This document shows, one piece after another, positions 1 to 9,875 of a DNA stretch of 64,000 nucleotides (its first letter is position 1; the number at the start of each line of letters is the position of its first letter). Where the stretch lies: positions 896,001 to 960,000 of the forward strand of contig OZ243913.1 of assembly GCA_965213705.1 (NCBI GenBank), in the 5' to 3' direction. The notes under the pieces are model-generated. The model had not been told where the DNA came from and made no database searches. It saw nothing but the letters and a program-made list of their open reading frames with translations. The stretch comes from Trueperaceae bacterium (GTDB taxonomy: Bacteria; Deinococcota; Deinococci; Deinococcales; Trueperaceae). The translations under genes were made by a program, and so were the position numbers.

Positions 1-232
1 TCTGGGTCTTTCCAAGTGGGTAAGGGGCGCTATCCTGGCGGGGTACATCGGCGGGGCGCTCTGGGTCTACAACAGCCGCGGCTTTGACAAGCTCAACGAA
101 ATCGTGCGCATTCCGCTGATAGACTACCTGGCCGTACTCGTGCTGGCCGGATTGTTTGGGGTAGGGTTGTGGACAGTGCGGCGGCTGCGCGGCGCTTTTT
201 CCGCGCGGCCCCGGGACCTGGGAGCGCCCTGA
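1..232 (+). CDS. 3' end of a membrane protein (partial, unknown function)
   Basis: Open frame from nt 2 to TGA at 230-232 reads LGLSKWVRGAILAGYIGGALWVY...YLAVLVLAGLFGVGLW, two hydrophobic segments. Confidence 0.55.
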   Translation, partial: LGLSKWVRGAILAGYIGGALWVYNSRGFDKLNEIVRIPLIDYLAVLVLAGLFGVGLWTVRRLRGAFSARPRDLGAP

Positions 233-268
233 ACCCAGAAGCCGGGTGTGGTTTAGGGCGGCGTTCAG

Positions 269-1087
269 TTAAACCCGCTCCGCCTTGACCCGCTTGAGCT
301 GCGCCACAATCATAAAGCTGACGATGACCAACAAGCCCCAGGAGCTGAGCTTGCTCAGCTCGACCACGCGCCAACCGCCTGCCTGGTGAGGGTAAACCCA
401 CGCGCCCAAGTACGTCGAGATGTTCTCGGCCAACCACACGAACAAGCCGATGAGCAAAAAGGCAACCACCAGGGGCATGGCAAACGTACTGCGGTAGGGC
501 GTAAACAGAATCCTGGTCTTGACGAACACCGCGAACACCGCCCCCACCAACACCCACCTCAGGTCGAACACAAAGTGATGGCTGAAAAAGTTGAGGTAAA
601 TGGCCGCCCCCAAGGGTACGACCAGCGCCGGTGACGGCCAACTGACCAGGCGCAAGTCGAAGCGCCGCCACGCCTGGGTCATAAAGCTCGCCACGCTCGC
701 GTACATAAAACCGCTGTAAAGAGGCACCGCGCCCAGTTTGCTGTAAGCGGCCTCGGGGTACGACCACGAGCCCTGCTGGGTTTTGAACAGCTCGAGCGCC
801 AACCCCAGCAGGTGAAACACGCAGACCACCTTGAGTTCGTCCCGACTCTCAAAGCCCGCCCCGACCATGACGACTTGCAGCCCCACGCAACCGAGCAGCA
901 AAAAGTCGTAGCGCGGCAGGGGCAAGGCGAACACTTTCGAAAAGGCGAGCAGGATAAAAATAAAGCCTGGAAACACACACGAAGCTGCGTTTTTATAAAC
1001 GAACGCGCCTCCCTCCAGCGCGTAGCGGCCCAGCTGGGTGGACTCGAGCCTGGCGAGCAAAGCGGGGTAGACCTTTGAGGGCATCAT
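269..1087 (-). CDS. DUF817 (YoaT-like) membrane protein
   Basis: Motifs ELKVVCVFHLLGLALELFK, GSWSYP, PLYSGFMYASV, WLAENI..GAWVYP. Confidence 0.85.
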   Translation of the reverse strand: MMPSKVYPALLARLESTQLGRYALEGGAFVYKNAASCVFPGFIFILLAFSKVFALPLPRYDFLLLGCVGLQVVMVGAGFESRDELKVVCVFHLLGLALELFKTQQGSWSYPEAAYSKLGAVPLYSGFMYASVASFMTQAWRRFDLRLVSWPSPALVVPLGAAIYLNFFSHHFVFDLRWVLVGAVFAVFVKTRILFTPYRSTFAMPLVVAFLLIGLFVWLAENISTYLGAWVYPHQAGGWRVVELSKLSSWGLLVIVSFMIVAQLKRVKAERV

Positions 1088-1193
1088 GTGAGTATCTTAC
1101 ACAAATTACACACTCAACCGGTCGATAAGTCCACAGGGCTGCTCGGGCGCGAGAGTCGGGCAAGCCAAAACGGAGACTGCAGGCTCGGTCAGG

Positions 1194-1973
1194 CTACCGT
1201 GAACCAGCGGGCTCGAGGGAGGAAACCAACTTTTCCAAGTAGTCAAAGCTGCGCCGAACCGTTTTTACCGGGTCTGCGGGCGCGTCGTGCTCGACGACGA
1301 ACCATTCGGTTCCAGCATTCTTGGCGGCTCTCAAGAGCGGTGCCCAGTCGATGACCCCGTAGCCCACGTCCGCCCACCCGTCTTGCCCTAAGTTCTCACC
1401 CGCCGGCGCGCGGTCTTTGACGTGGACGCGCTTCAAGCGGCCGCTGTACTTTTCGATGAGCGGCGTGGGGTCCACCCCGCCCTCCCGACACCAACCCAGG
1501 TCCAGCTCGAGCCCTAAGTCCGGCGCGCTGTCCAGGAGGTGCTCCAAACCTAACTTGCCGTCGTAGTAGCCGAACTCGAACGAGTGGTTGTGGTAGAGGA
1601 GCGTCATCCGTTCGGCTTTGACCTGCTGCGCAAGTTTGTTGAAACGCTCGCCAAGTTTTTGCCAGCTCTCGGCGTCGTCGCCGTAGTGCGCGGCGCTTAG
1701 CCAGGGAATGACGAGGGTGTCGTTGCCGAGGGTTTTCTGGAAAGCGGCGACGGCGCCCAGATGGTTCTCGAGCACGTCCAACGTCACGTGCGCGGAGACC
1801 ATCTCGACGCCGTTTTCGTCAAGCACTTTCTTGAGTTCGTCGGCGTCTATGTCGGGGCCGTAGCCACCTTCGATGCCCGCGTAGCCCGCGTCGGCAGCGA
1901 TTTTAACGAGTTCTTTCGCGTCGTCTGAAAGGTGGCGGAGGGTGTAAAGCTGTACGGCTAGGGAATAGGTCAC
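1194..1973 (-). CDS. Sugar phosphate isomerase/epimerase (xylose-isomerase-like TIM barrel)
   Basis: VQLYTLR, YHNH.FEF, LELDLGW, HVKD, G.G.IDW, VEHD motifs; AAGGAG RBS. Confidence 0.9.
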   Translation of the reverse strand: MTYSLAVQLYTLRHLSDDAKELVKIAADAGYAGIEGGYGPDIDADELKKVLDENGVEMVSAHVTLDVLENHLGAVAAFQKTLGNDTLVIPWLSAAHYGDDAESWQKLGERFNKLAQQVKAERMTLLYHNHSFEFGYYDGKLGLEHLLDSAPDLGLELDLGWCREGGVDPTPLIEKYSGRLKRVHVKDRAPAGENLGQDGWADVGYGVIDWAPLLRAAKNAGTEWFVVEHDAPADPVKTVRRSFDYLEKLVSSLEPAGSR

Positions 1974-2003
1974 GGGTGGCTCCTTTTTGCAGGTGTCAGG
2001 TGT

Positions 2004-3158
2004 TTAATCATCGAGTTCGCCTACTTTCAAGCCCGGCGGCAACGGGGCGGGGCGGTCGCAGGTGCTTTCAACATCGACAAATCTCCGCGCGTCCGAGGCG
2101 TCTTGGACAGCTTGCAACGTGTCCAGGACGTGATAGGCCAGCTCGCCGCTGGCGCGGTGGGGGCGGCCGGAGCGCAGCGCGTAGGCCAGGTCGGCGACGC
2201 CCAGGCCCCGGTCATACCCTGAATAGCTGTGGGTGAGGGGCATGGTTTGCCAGGTTTCGTCCCCCTTTTTCTTGAGGCGCACCGGGCCGTCGAAGGTGTT
2301 GGGGTCGGGGACGCTCAAAGTGCCCTCGCTGCCGTAGATTTCAAGGCGGGGCAGTTCCGAGGCGACCACCTCGCCGCTGACAATCAAGGTGACGGGTTTG
2401 CCGGAGGCGAGTTCCAAGAGCGCTGTTGCGTGAACGGGCGCGTCAACCTTGATAACCGTGCCCGCGTGGGGCTCACTCGTCACGGTGCGCTCGGGCACAC
2501 CGGTCGTCGTCAACCCGACGACCGACCCGACCGGCCCGAGCAGGTTGACAAGCGCGGTGAGGTAATAGGGTCCCATGTCGAACAAGGGATGCCCGCCGTA
2601 CTTAAAAAAGAAGAACGGGCTCGGGTGCCAGGTCTCGACGCCGTGACCGAGCATAAAGGCGCTCGCCGAGAGCGGCTCGCCGATCGCACCCTCGTCTAAG
2701 AGTTTGCGGCACGTTTGGATGCCGCCGCCCATGAAAGTGTCCGGGGCGCAAGCGAGCCGCAGGTTGGCAGCGTCTGCGGCGTCGAGCAGCGCCTTGCCGT
2801 CTTCGCGCGTAATGGCTAAGGGCTTCTCGCTGTAGACGTGCTTGCCCGCGTTCAGCGCGTTCAAGCTCACCTCGGCGTGGACGGTGGGAACGGTTAAGTT
2901 GACGGCGATGTCGAGCGTGTCGTCGGCCAAAAGGTCTTCGACCGAACAGCCTTTGGCGACGCCGTACTCGCGGGCCTTGGTTTTTGCCCGCTCGACGTTG
3001 ATGTCGCTCAGGGCGGTCAGCTCGAGCCACGGAAACACCCCTAAGCCCCGGATGTAAGCGTCCGAAATGGTGCCGCAGCCAACCAAGCCGACCTTGTAGA
3101 CGTCTTTACCGTAAACGTCTTTACTGAGAACGTCTTTACCGCAAACGTTTTTACTCAC
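2004..3158 (-). CDS. Gfo/Idh/MocA family oxidoreductase
   Basis: GLVGCGTIS Rossmann motif, GKHVYSEKP, DMGPYY. Confidence 0.9.
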   Translation of the reverse strand: MSKNVCGKDVLSKDVYGKDVYKVGLVGCGTISDAYIRGLGVFPWLELTALSDINVERAKTKAREYGVAKGCSVEDLLADDTLDIAVNLTVPTVHAEVSLNALNAGKHVYSEKPLAITREDGKALLDAADAANLRLACAPDTFMGGGIQTCRKLLDEGAIGEPLSASAFMLGHGVETWHPSPFFFFKYGGHPLFDMGPYYLTALVNLLGPVGSVVGLTTTGVPERTVTSEPHAGTVIKVDAPVHATALLELASGKPVTLIVSGEVVASELPRLEIYGSEGTLSVPDPNTFDGPVRLKKKGDETWQTMPLTHSYSGYDRGLGVADLAYALRSGRPHRASGELAYHVLDTLQAVQDASDARRFVDVESTCDRPAPLPPGLKVGELDD

Positions 3159-3203
3159 ACGCGGCCCTCCTGAAGGGGTTTGCTCCGACTGAACAACGGC
3201 GCG

Positions 3204-5585
3204 TCACCTTGCCACAAAGTTAGACAGCAGCTTAACGTACGCCGCCTGGTAGTAGATAGCGGGCTCGGTAATTTCCCACGGTGACGCGGAGGCGGTGTTC
3301 CAATCGCGGTAGGCTTTTTGCGCGGGCTCGCCCGCAGGCGGCGCGGCTCGCCCGGAATAAGCTGCGTTCGGGCCGCCCGTCACGTAACCCGGAGCCGGAC
3401 CCCGCTCGCTCGTCCGGGCGTTGTCCCAAACAGAGCCGTCACGAAACCAGTCGTGCCACATCTCGGCGGCTGAATACTCCGCGCCGTACTCGACCATGTT
3501 GGTCAGGTAAACCATGTTGAGCGGGTTCACCCCGTGCAGGTAGTGGACGATGCCGAGGGCTTTTTCCCTGTAAGTCTCACTCGCACCGGCGTCGAGGTTG
3601 TAGTGAAGCATGTCGAGGTTGGTGTTGCCGAGCGCGGCGCGGACGTAGTTGCTGCCCCAGTGGTAAGACGCTTGGGGCAAGTAGGCGCGGTAGAGGTCTT
3701 GGTCGGGCTGAAACCCGTAGAGTTCGGTGGAGGTTAGGGTGGCTTGCTCGAGCTTCGCGTTCAGGATGGTCTGCGCCAGCTCGGGGTCGGCGTCTTCCAG
3801 GGTCGTGTAGTAAAGCAGTGCGTCACCCTGGTCGGGGTTGTACATCGACCACCTCAGGGCATGTTCGTCGTTGAAGGGGTTGGTGCTTCGGTAAGTCGCC
3901 TGAAGCGCCGCCTGGTAAACCCGTTCGCCCGTTAGGGCGTAGAGGTACACGGCGGCTACCGCCTGGGTCGCGTCTTGCTCGTTCAGAGTCCAGTCGGCGT
4001 CGCCCGCTTTAATCTCACCCGTGTCGCAGTCTTCGCGGCGCTCGTTGTTCACGTACCAGTCGTAAGCGCGCGCCGCACGTTTTCCTAAGTCGGCGGCGTA
4101 GTCGCTCAGCTTTTCAAACTGCTCGAACACAAGCGCCCCGTGCGCGAACATGCTGGCGGCGGCGATGCTCGAGCTTGAACAGACAGGCGCGTAGTAGCGG
4201 GGCCGCGCGTCCTCAGACGGAGGCGAAACGGAGTTGTAGTCGATGTTGCCGACCTTGATAAGCACGCCGCCATTGTCAAGCTGCATCTTTTTGAGCCAGT
4301 CGAACTCCCACAGAAGTTCGTCTATCAGGTCGGGAAGACCGTTGCCCGATTCGGGAATGCCAAAGGCGTCGGTGAAGGCGTTGGGGTTTTGTTCGTAAGC
4401 GCTTAGCAGCGTGTGAACGGGCGCGTGGGCGAAAGTCACGTACTTGTTGTAGTCGCCCGCGTCGAACCAGCCGCCGGAGAGGTCTCGGGCCGTGTCCGGG
4501 TTCTCCTTGGCCTCGACGAAACGCGCCTCGGTGTCCTGGCCCGGCCCCAAAAAGCTTTTGCCGTCCGTCCAGCGGGGGTCGGCGTAAGGCTCCTCTTTCG
4601 CCGTGTTGGCGCGGTTGTAGTAAAACATGCGCGTGGCGGCTTTCAGCACTTCGTCGTAAACGTCCTCAGCAATTTCAAACTCATGGGAACGTGCGTCTTT
4701 TTCAACGTCGTAAACGTAGTAGTTTCCTGGCTCGCTGACGTTACTAAAGTCGAACCACCAGCCCCTATCACCGGAGGTTTCTTGCACCGCCCCGTCCTGC
4801 CAGGCTTCGGGAGCGCTGGAGAAGACGGTGAAACCGTCTTCTCTTCTAACCTCGAGCACCGCCCCCGGCACGTACTCGTCTTGGGCGTTGAAGCCCGTTT
4901 GTGGGTCGACCAACACCGCGACCTTGGCGTCATTGGGACGGTAGCCGAACTGGTCGACCACGATGTAGGGAGTCTCGCGTCCGCCCGTCACCGGGACCTC
5001 GGACAACGTGAAGTTGTCAAAACAGACTTTGACCGGTGTGTCTGGGTTGAGGGAGCCGCCCAGAAACAGCTCGAGCGCCAAGTCGCTGGCCCGCACCTCG
5101 ACGTCCAGGCTGTAACGGCGCGGCGCGGGCCCGACCGGCTGCACTTGGTAAAAATATTCGGCGTAGGGTGCGCCTGCTTGACCGATTTTTACGCCGACCG
5201 CGGCGTCTTTGTCGGCGTAGGCTTCAAAACCCAAAGAGTAAGTTTGGCCTGCCAGGTTCAACCCGGCTTGGCGTAACGTGACGCTCCAGGGATTTTCCCC
5301 GCCGGCGTTTACCACGGCGCAGTAGGCGCCGCCGGTCACGCCGCCTTTGGCTTCGGCAGGCGCGTAGACGCCGAACGACCAGTTTGCGTCGCTGTGGTCG
5401 AAGTTTGGATTCCGAAAGAGGTTTGCGCCCGCTTGCGCCGCGCCGTTCTCGGTGAGGGTGTTTACTGAGGTCCGCTCGTCGGTCTTGGTAACCGTGCCAA
5501 ACTCCTGCACGGTCAAACTGTTCAGAGTTTGGACGCTGGGCGTCAGCGCGAGCAGCGCGAGTCCTATCAACAGGTGAATGGTCAT
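3204..5585 (-). CDS. Secreted GH9 endoglucanase (CBM4-like + Ig-like + GH9)
   Basis: Signal-peptide-like N-terminus; NPNF..W CBM-like segment; VDQFGYRP Ig-domain start; DLSGGWFDAGDY and WEITEPAIYYQ catalytic motifs. Confidence 0.85.
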   Translation of the reverse strand: MTIHLLIGLALLALTPSVQTLNSLTVQEFGTVTKTDERTSVNTLTENGAAQAGANLFRNPNFDHSDANWSFGVYAPAEAKGGVTGGAYCAVVNAGGENPWSVTLRQAGLNLAGQTYSLGFEAYADKDAAVGVKIGQAGAPYAEYFYQVQPVGPAPRRYSLDVEVRASDLALELFLGGSLNPDTPVKVCFDNFTLSEVPVTGGRETPYIVVDQFGYRPNDAKVAVLVDPQTGFNAQDEYVPGAVLEVRREDGFTVFSSAPEAWQDGAVQETSGDRGWWFDFSNVSEPGNYYVYDVEKDARSHEFEIAEDVYDEVLKAATRMFYYNRANTAKEEPYADPRWTDGKSFLGPGQDTEARFVEAKENPDTARDLSGGWFDAGDYNKYVTFAHAPVHTLLSAYEQNPNAFTDAFGIPESGNGLPDLIDELLWEFDWLKKMQLDNGGVLIKVGNIDYNSVSPPSEDARPRYYAPVCSSSSIAAASMFAHGALVFEQFEKLSDYAADLGKRAARAYDWYVNNERREDCDTGEIKAGDADWTLNEQDATQAVAAVYLYALTGERVYQAALQATYRSTNPFNDEHALRWSMYNPDQGDALLYYTTLEDADPELAQTILNAKLEQATLTSTELYGFQPDQDLYRAYLPQASYHWGSNYVRAALGNTNLDMLHYNLDAGASETYREKALGIVHYLHGVNPLNMVYLTNMVEYGAEYSAAEMWHDWFRDGSVWDNARTSERGPAPGYVTGGPNAAYSGRAAPPAGEPAQKAYRDWNTASASPWEITEPAIYYQAAYVKLLSNFVAR

Positions 5586-5860
5586 GTCTTTCCTCTCAAG
5601 TGGGATTCGGGACTGCCTTTGAGGATACAGGTTTAAAGGCAGCCGACTTAAAAGACGACCGACTTTGAAGATAAAAAACTAAGAGCGACACGGGCTAAAA
5701 CCGCTGTGTACAAAACCGCTGCAGAGTTCGGTAGAACAGTGAGAAACCTTTCTCGGAGATTCGGGGTATTATCGAACCTCGAGCAAGCTTGAAAAGCCTT
5801 TTTCCGACCCCTTTCTAGCACCCTACGAGCCGAGGTAACGCCCATGCCGAAGGTAAACCT

Positions 5861-6904
5861 GTGACCGCCAAGCCTGTCAAGGGGCGCAACTCCGTTCACC
5901 GCTCAGGGTGGTTTTTGCTCGGCGGGGCCGCCCTGCTCAACTTAGGCGTGACCCTGTTGGGACTGTGGCAGCTCCTCTGGGGGGCGGTGCTGTTCGCCGA
6001 CTTCGTCCTGCTCGTGCTGTTCGCGGAGCGACTGCAAAGCCGTGTGCGGCTACGTTTCCAGACCGTTTACAAACGTGTTTTGGCCTTCGGTTTTCCGGTG
6101 CTTGTGCTCGTCGTCTGGGAAATAGTCGTGGGCGCGGGCCTGCTGAACCCGCGTTGGTTTCCGCCGCCGACCAAGATTGCCGGGGCGCTATGGGACCTCA
6201 CCGTCAGTTACGACCGCTTCAACGAGACAAGCCTCATCGGACGCCCCTGGCTTATCCCGAGCCGCCTGGGGTCGGACGGCTGGCCGGGCGTAGCCGCGCT
6301 TTTTGCAGAAAGCCACGTCTTCGCCACGCTCAGCCGGGTGTTGGCGGGCTTTGCCATCGGCGCGCTGCCGGGGATTGTGCTCGGCATCGTTATGGGCCTC
6401 AACAAGACGGTACGCACCATGCTAGACGCGACCTTGTCGGCGGTCTACGTGCTGCCCAAAATCGCCATTTTTCCGCTGATGATGTTGATTTTCCCGAACC
6501 CGTTCGGTGAAGGCCCCAAAATTGCCGTCGTCGCCATTTCGGCTTTTTTCCTGGTGGCTATCAGCACGATGGCGGGGGTGCGCGACATCGACCCGGTGTT
6601 TTTGCAAGCGGGCAAAAATTTCGGCGCCGGCCCACTGCAGATGTTCCGGCACGTCATCTTGCCTGCGGCCCTGCCGATTATCTTCTCGGGCTTGCGGCTG
6701 GCCCTCGGCACCGCCCTGATAGTCATCGTGGCGGTCGAGTTCGTGCGGGCGCAGACCGGGGTGGGGTTTGTCATTTTCTACAGTTGGCAGGTGTTGGCAA
6801 CCGAAAAGATGTACGCCGGCTTGTTCGTGGTCATGCTTCTCGGCGTAGCGCTCACCTACGGCCTGCAAACGCTGGAACGTCACGCGATGCCGTGGCGAAA
6901 GTGA
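5861..6904 (+). CDS. ABC transporter permease, NitT/TauT/SsuC family
   Basis: FPPP..I, TLSRVLAGF, PKIAIFP, EAA-like loop GKNFGA...HVILPAALP. Confidence 0.85.
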   Translation: MTAKPVKGRNSVHRSGWFLLGGAALLNLGVTLLGLWQLLWGAVLFADFVLLVLFAERLQSRVRLRFQTVYKRVLAFGFPVLVLVVWEIVVGAGLLNPRWFPPPTKIAGALWDLTVSYDRFNETSLIGRPWLIPSRLGSDGWPGVAALFAESHVFATLSRVLAGFAIGALPGIVLGIVMGLNKTVRTMLDATLSAVYVLPKIAIFPLMMLIFPNPFGEGPKIAVVAISAFFLVAISTMAGVRDIDPVFLQAGKNFGAGPLQMFRHVILPAALPIIFSGLRLALGTALIVIVAVEFVRAQTGVGFVIFYSWQVLATEKMYAGLFVVMLLGVALTYGLQTLERHAMPWRK

Positions 6905-7337
6905 CCGGTGAGAGTGACTGGCGCAAGTGACCGATGAAAGTGACCGCAAAACCAAAAAGGCTTCTGATTTTTGTGCCCCTTTCACGCTTGCCGGGTCGGT
7001 GAGAAAGGTGTTGGCGGGGCCTCGAGACCTACCCCGCCGCAGCCCTAGGGCCGGTCCCGGTTCTAACCTCCTACCTACCAAGGTTCCTTCGACCCCCTCC
7101 AGCCCGCAGACATCGTTCCGCGCCGAGAGTTGCCAAACAGCCAGCAGCCCGACCTTCGAACAGCTCGGTACGGTTTTGGGTAAGTCTGCGGCCTGAACCT
7201 ACCAGCTTGTGAAATCGGGGAATCGACGGGACAGGGGGTTGAGCAGAACCCGCAACCCTCAGTCTCTTTTTGACTTTTGGCAGGCCTCGGTACAGGTCCT
7301 TGTATGGGTCGTCACCCTTTGACTTGTCTGGCAAGCG

Positions 7338-7367
7338 TTGACAAAACCGTACGCCTTCCGGTATCAT
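7338..7367 (+). promoter_or_regulatory. Sigma-70-type promoter of the tRNA operon
   Basis: TTGACA (7338) - 18 bp - TATCAT (7362), ~35 nt upstream of tRNA-Asp. Confidence 0.7.
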
Positions 7368-7400
7368 GCCGTTCGCTCCAGCAACGCTGTGAGCTTACGA

Positions 7401-7476
7401 GGCCCGGTAGTGTAGCGGTTAGCATATCTGCCTGTCACGCAGAAGGTCGCGAGTTCAAATCTCGTCCGGGTCGCCA
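7401..7476 (+). tRNA. tRNA-Asp(GTC)
   Basis: Cloverleaf, anticodon loop CT-GTC-AC, GTTCAAAT T-loop, encoded CCA. Confidence 0.95.
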
Positions 7477-7595
7477 AATTCCTAGCAGCAGCTGTAAGTG
7501 GTTTACAGCTGCTACCGCTAACCCGAAAACGCCGTTCGTGACGTGTCACGCGGGTTTCTGTTCAAAGGCCTTGTTTTTACGTCGCCTTTGACCTC

Positions 7596-7671
7596 GGCCA
7601 GATAGCTCAGCCGGTAGAGCACACGACTGAAAATCGTGGTGTCGGCGGTTCAAGCCCGCCTCTGGCCACCA
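7596..7671 (+). tRNA. tRNA-Phe(GAA)
   Basis: GGCCAGA/TCTGGCC acceptor stem, CT-GAA-AA loop, CCA. Confidence 0.95.
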
Positions 7672-7724
7672 AAGGATTCATTGGTATTATCAATGATACA
7701 TCATTGATAATACCAATGAACTTT

Positions 7725-7799
7725 GCCAACGTAGCTCAGCGGTAGAGCAGCCCACTCGTAATGGGCAGGTCGTCGGTTCAATTCCGACCGTTGGCTCCA
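7725..7799 (+). tRNA. tRNA-Thr(CGT)
   Basis: GCCAACG/CGTTGGC acceptor stem, CT-CGT-AA loop, CCA. Confidence 0.95.
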
Positions 7800-7828
7800 G
7801 AAAACGCTGTTAAGAACGGTAAACTTGG

Positions 7829-7855
7829 GCGCGGTAGGCTGACAGCCTACCGCGC
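7829..7855 (+). terminator. Hairpin after the tRNA operon (probable terminator)
   Basis: GCGCGGTAGGCTG-A-CAGCCTACCGCGC inverted repeat followed by TGTTATT. Confidence 0.6.
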
Positions 7856-7940
7856 TGTTATTGCGTGTCGGTTGTGCGCCGACCGAGTGGTCGGGTTTGT
7901 CGGCTCACCTGGGTAGAGGCCCGAGGCCGAACTATTTAGG

Positions 7941-9554
7941 TCAGGTGCGCTCGTCGTCACTTAGATAAGCGCGCGCTTCGGTGATGTCGGCAAGACGGGT
8001 CGCGTCGTCCCAACCCAAGGTTTCTGCAAGCAAACCGGCGACCCTGGGAACGGCCTCGAGCGCCGCGCAGACGTCTAGGAAACTGAGTCGCGTCCGGCGC
8101 GCGAGAATGTCGACCGTGGAGCGGGCGGCTTCTTGTTGCGCTCCGTAGACGACCTCCGCGTTTAAGTAAGCGTGACCCGGTACAATGCGGCCCCCGGCCC
8201 CGTTTTGGGCCAGCTTGGCGACGTCTTGAGCGCGGTCGCCGTAAGCGCGGTTGAGGTAGCTGGCAGCGTCCGGCTCCAAGCCGAACACCTCCTGAAGGTG
8301 ACCGGCACCGCTCGGGCTGTAGTCTTGCGCGCCCACGAGCTTGATGTGCTCGGTGCGGGAGGCGTCCGCGCCGCCCAAGCCCAGGCGTTGCGCCTCGTCG
8401 ACCGTGTCCAGGGCCATTTTGCGGTAGGTCGTCCACTTGCCGCCCGCGATGGTGAGCAGTTTGGAGGTGCTCACGTTGATAACGTGGTCACGTGAGAGCT
8501 TGGCGGTGTCGGCGGCGGCAGGGTCGGACACCAGCGGGCGCAAACCCGACCAGGCGGCTTTGACGTCGTCTCGAGAAACCGGCACCGAGAAATACTTGTG
8601 GACATGGCGCAAAATGTAGGCGATTTCGTCCTCGGTGGCGCGGGGGTTGCTGCGGATGTCGGCCGGGTTGTCGGTCGTGCCGACGAGCGTGTGACCGAGC
8701 CAGGGCAGCAAAAACAAAACCCGACCGTCCTCGGTCTCGGGAATGAGCAGGCCCGTTTCGGGAGGCGAAAAACGCGCGTCCAGCACGATGTGCGCGCCCG
8801 AGCTGGCCGACAGCATGGGGGCGGCCTGGGGGTCGTCCATACGCCGCACGGCGTCGGCGAAAGGCCCGGTGGCGTTGACGACGACCTTGGCCGCTATCTC
8901 CCAACTTTTACCACTGAGCGCGTCACGCACGCCCGCGCCGCGCACCATGCCCGAGTGTTTAACCAGGTGCGTCACCTCAACGTGGTTGGCGACCGCCGCG
9001 CCTTCCCTGACCGCGGTCAGGGCGATAGCGACGTTCATGCGCGCGTCATCAAATTGCCCGTCGTAGTAGATGACGCCGCCGCGCAAACCTTCTTTTTTGA
9101 GCATCGGGAAGCGGTGCAGCGCCTCGTGGGCGTCCACGAAGCGGCTCGGGTGGAGGTTCGCCTTGCCCGCCAGCCAGTCGTAGAGTTTCAGCCCCGTCAT
9201 GATGTAGGGCACGTCCAGCCAGTTGTAAATGGGCGTGACCAGGGGCAGCGGGCGCGCCAGGTGCGGGGCGATTTTGAGCAGCACCGCCCGCTCTTTGAGC
9301 GCGTCGCGGACCAGGTTGAACTGGCTGCGGTCAAAGTGCTTGACGGCCGCTTCTAGGTAACGCACCCCGCCGTGGATGAGCTTCGTCGAGCGGCTGCTCG
9401 TGCCCGAACTGAAGTCGAACCGTTCGACCAAGGCCGTTTTGAGCCCGCGCGAGGCGGCGTCCAAAGCGACGCCGGCCCCGGTCGCGCCGCCGCCGATGAC
9501 GAGCAGGTCGAACGCCTGACTCTGTAAAGCTGCTACTTGTTCTTCGCGGTTCAT
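7941..9554 (-). CDS. glpD: FAD-dependent glycerol-3-phosphate dehydrogenase
   Basis: IGGGATGAG, GTSSRSTKLIHGGVRYL, DGQFDDAR, GGKWTTYR. Confidence 0.95.
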   Translation of the reverse strand: MNREEQVAALQSQAFDLLVIGGGATGAGVALDAASRGLKTALVERFDFSSGTSSRSTKLIHGGVRYLEAAVKHFDRSQFNLVRDALKERAVLLKIAPHLARPLPLVTPIYNWLDVPYIMTGLKLYDWLAGKANLHPSRFVDAHEALHRFPMLKKEGLRGGVIYYDGQFDDARMNVAIALTAVREGAAVANHVEVTHLVKHSGMVRGAGVRDALSGKSWEIAAKVVVNATGPFADAVRRMDDPQAAPMLSASSGAHIVLDARFSPPETGLLIPETEDGRVLFLLPWLGHTLVGTTDNPADIRSNPRATEDEIAYILRHVHKYFSVPVSRDDVKAAWSGLRPLVSDPAAADTAKLSRDHVINVSTSKLLTIAGGKWTTYRKMALDTVDEAQRLGLGGADASRTEHIKLVGAQDYSPSGAGHLQEVFGLEPDAASYLNRAYGDRAQDVAKLAQNGAGGRIVPGHAYLNAEVVYGAQQEAARSTVDILARRTRLSFLDVCAALEAVPRVAGLLAETLGWDDATRLADITEARAYLSDDERT

Positions 9555-9555
9555 C

Positions 9556-9684
9556 TTACACCCTTTCCGTTTAATTCCCTCGGACTTAAATGCGAGCAGA
9601 GCGAGAAGAAACTGTTGCGGATTTCAATAAGAAAGCGAACAATCCTTCCAAGGTTTACAAGCTGTAGTATCGGAATCCGTATGA
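9556..9684 (-). mobile_element. Short intergenic repeat (MITE-like, Deinococcus SRE/SNR-like), copy 1
   Basis: Ends TTACACCCTTTCCG ... CGGAATCCGTATGA; internal TTCTCGCTCTGCTCG module; aligns by eye with 22810-23006. Confidence 0.65.
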
Positions 9685-9875
9685 CCCTCTCTGTGCTGCG
9701 TCGCTAGTTGCTCTTTGCTAACCCTGTTTGTGCTGAATCCCGAAAGTGCCGACGCCGCGCAGCTTTTCCCCGGTTCCCTCTCAGGATACAGCGGTCGCGG
9801 CCGTCACCCGGCTCCAGAATCTAGTCCTCGAACCCCGTCCTGACAACCCGGCCCTGATGACTCAGCCCTAACAAC

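Noticed and set aside
7030..7075. Twister or twister-sister ribozyme
   Set aside because: Only a short CCGGGACCG..GCGGCG resemblance on the minus strand; the partner strands and conserved loops are absent
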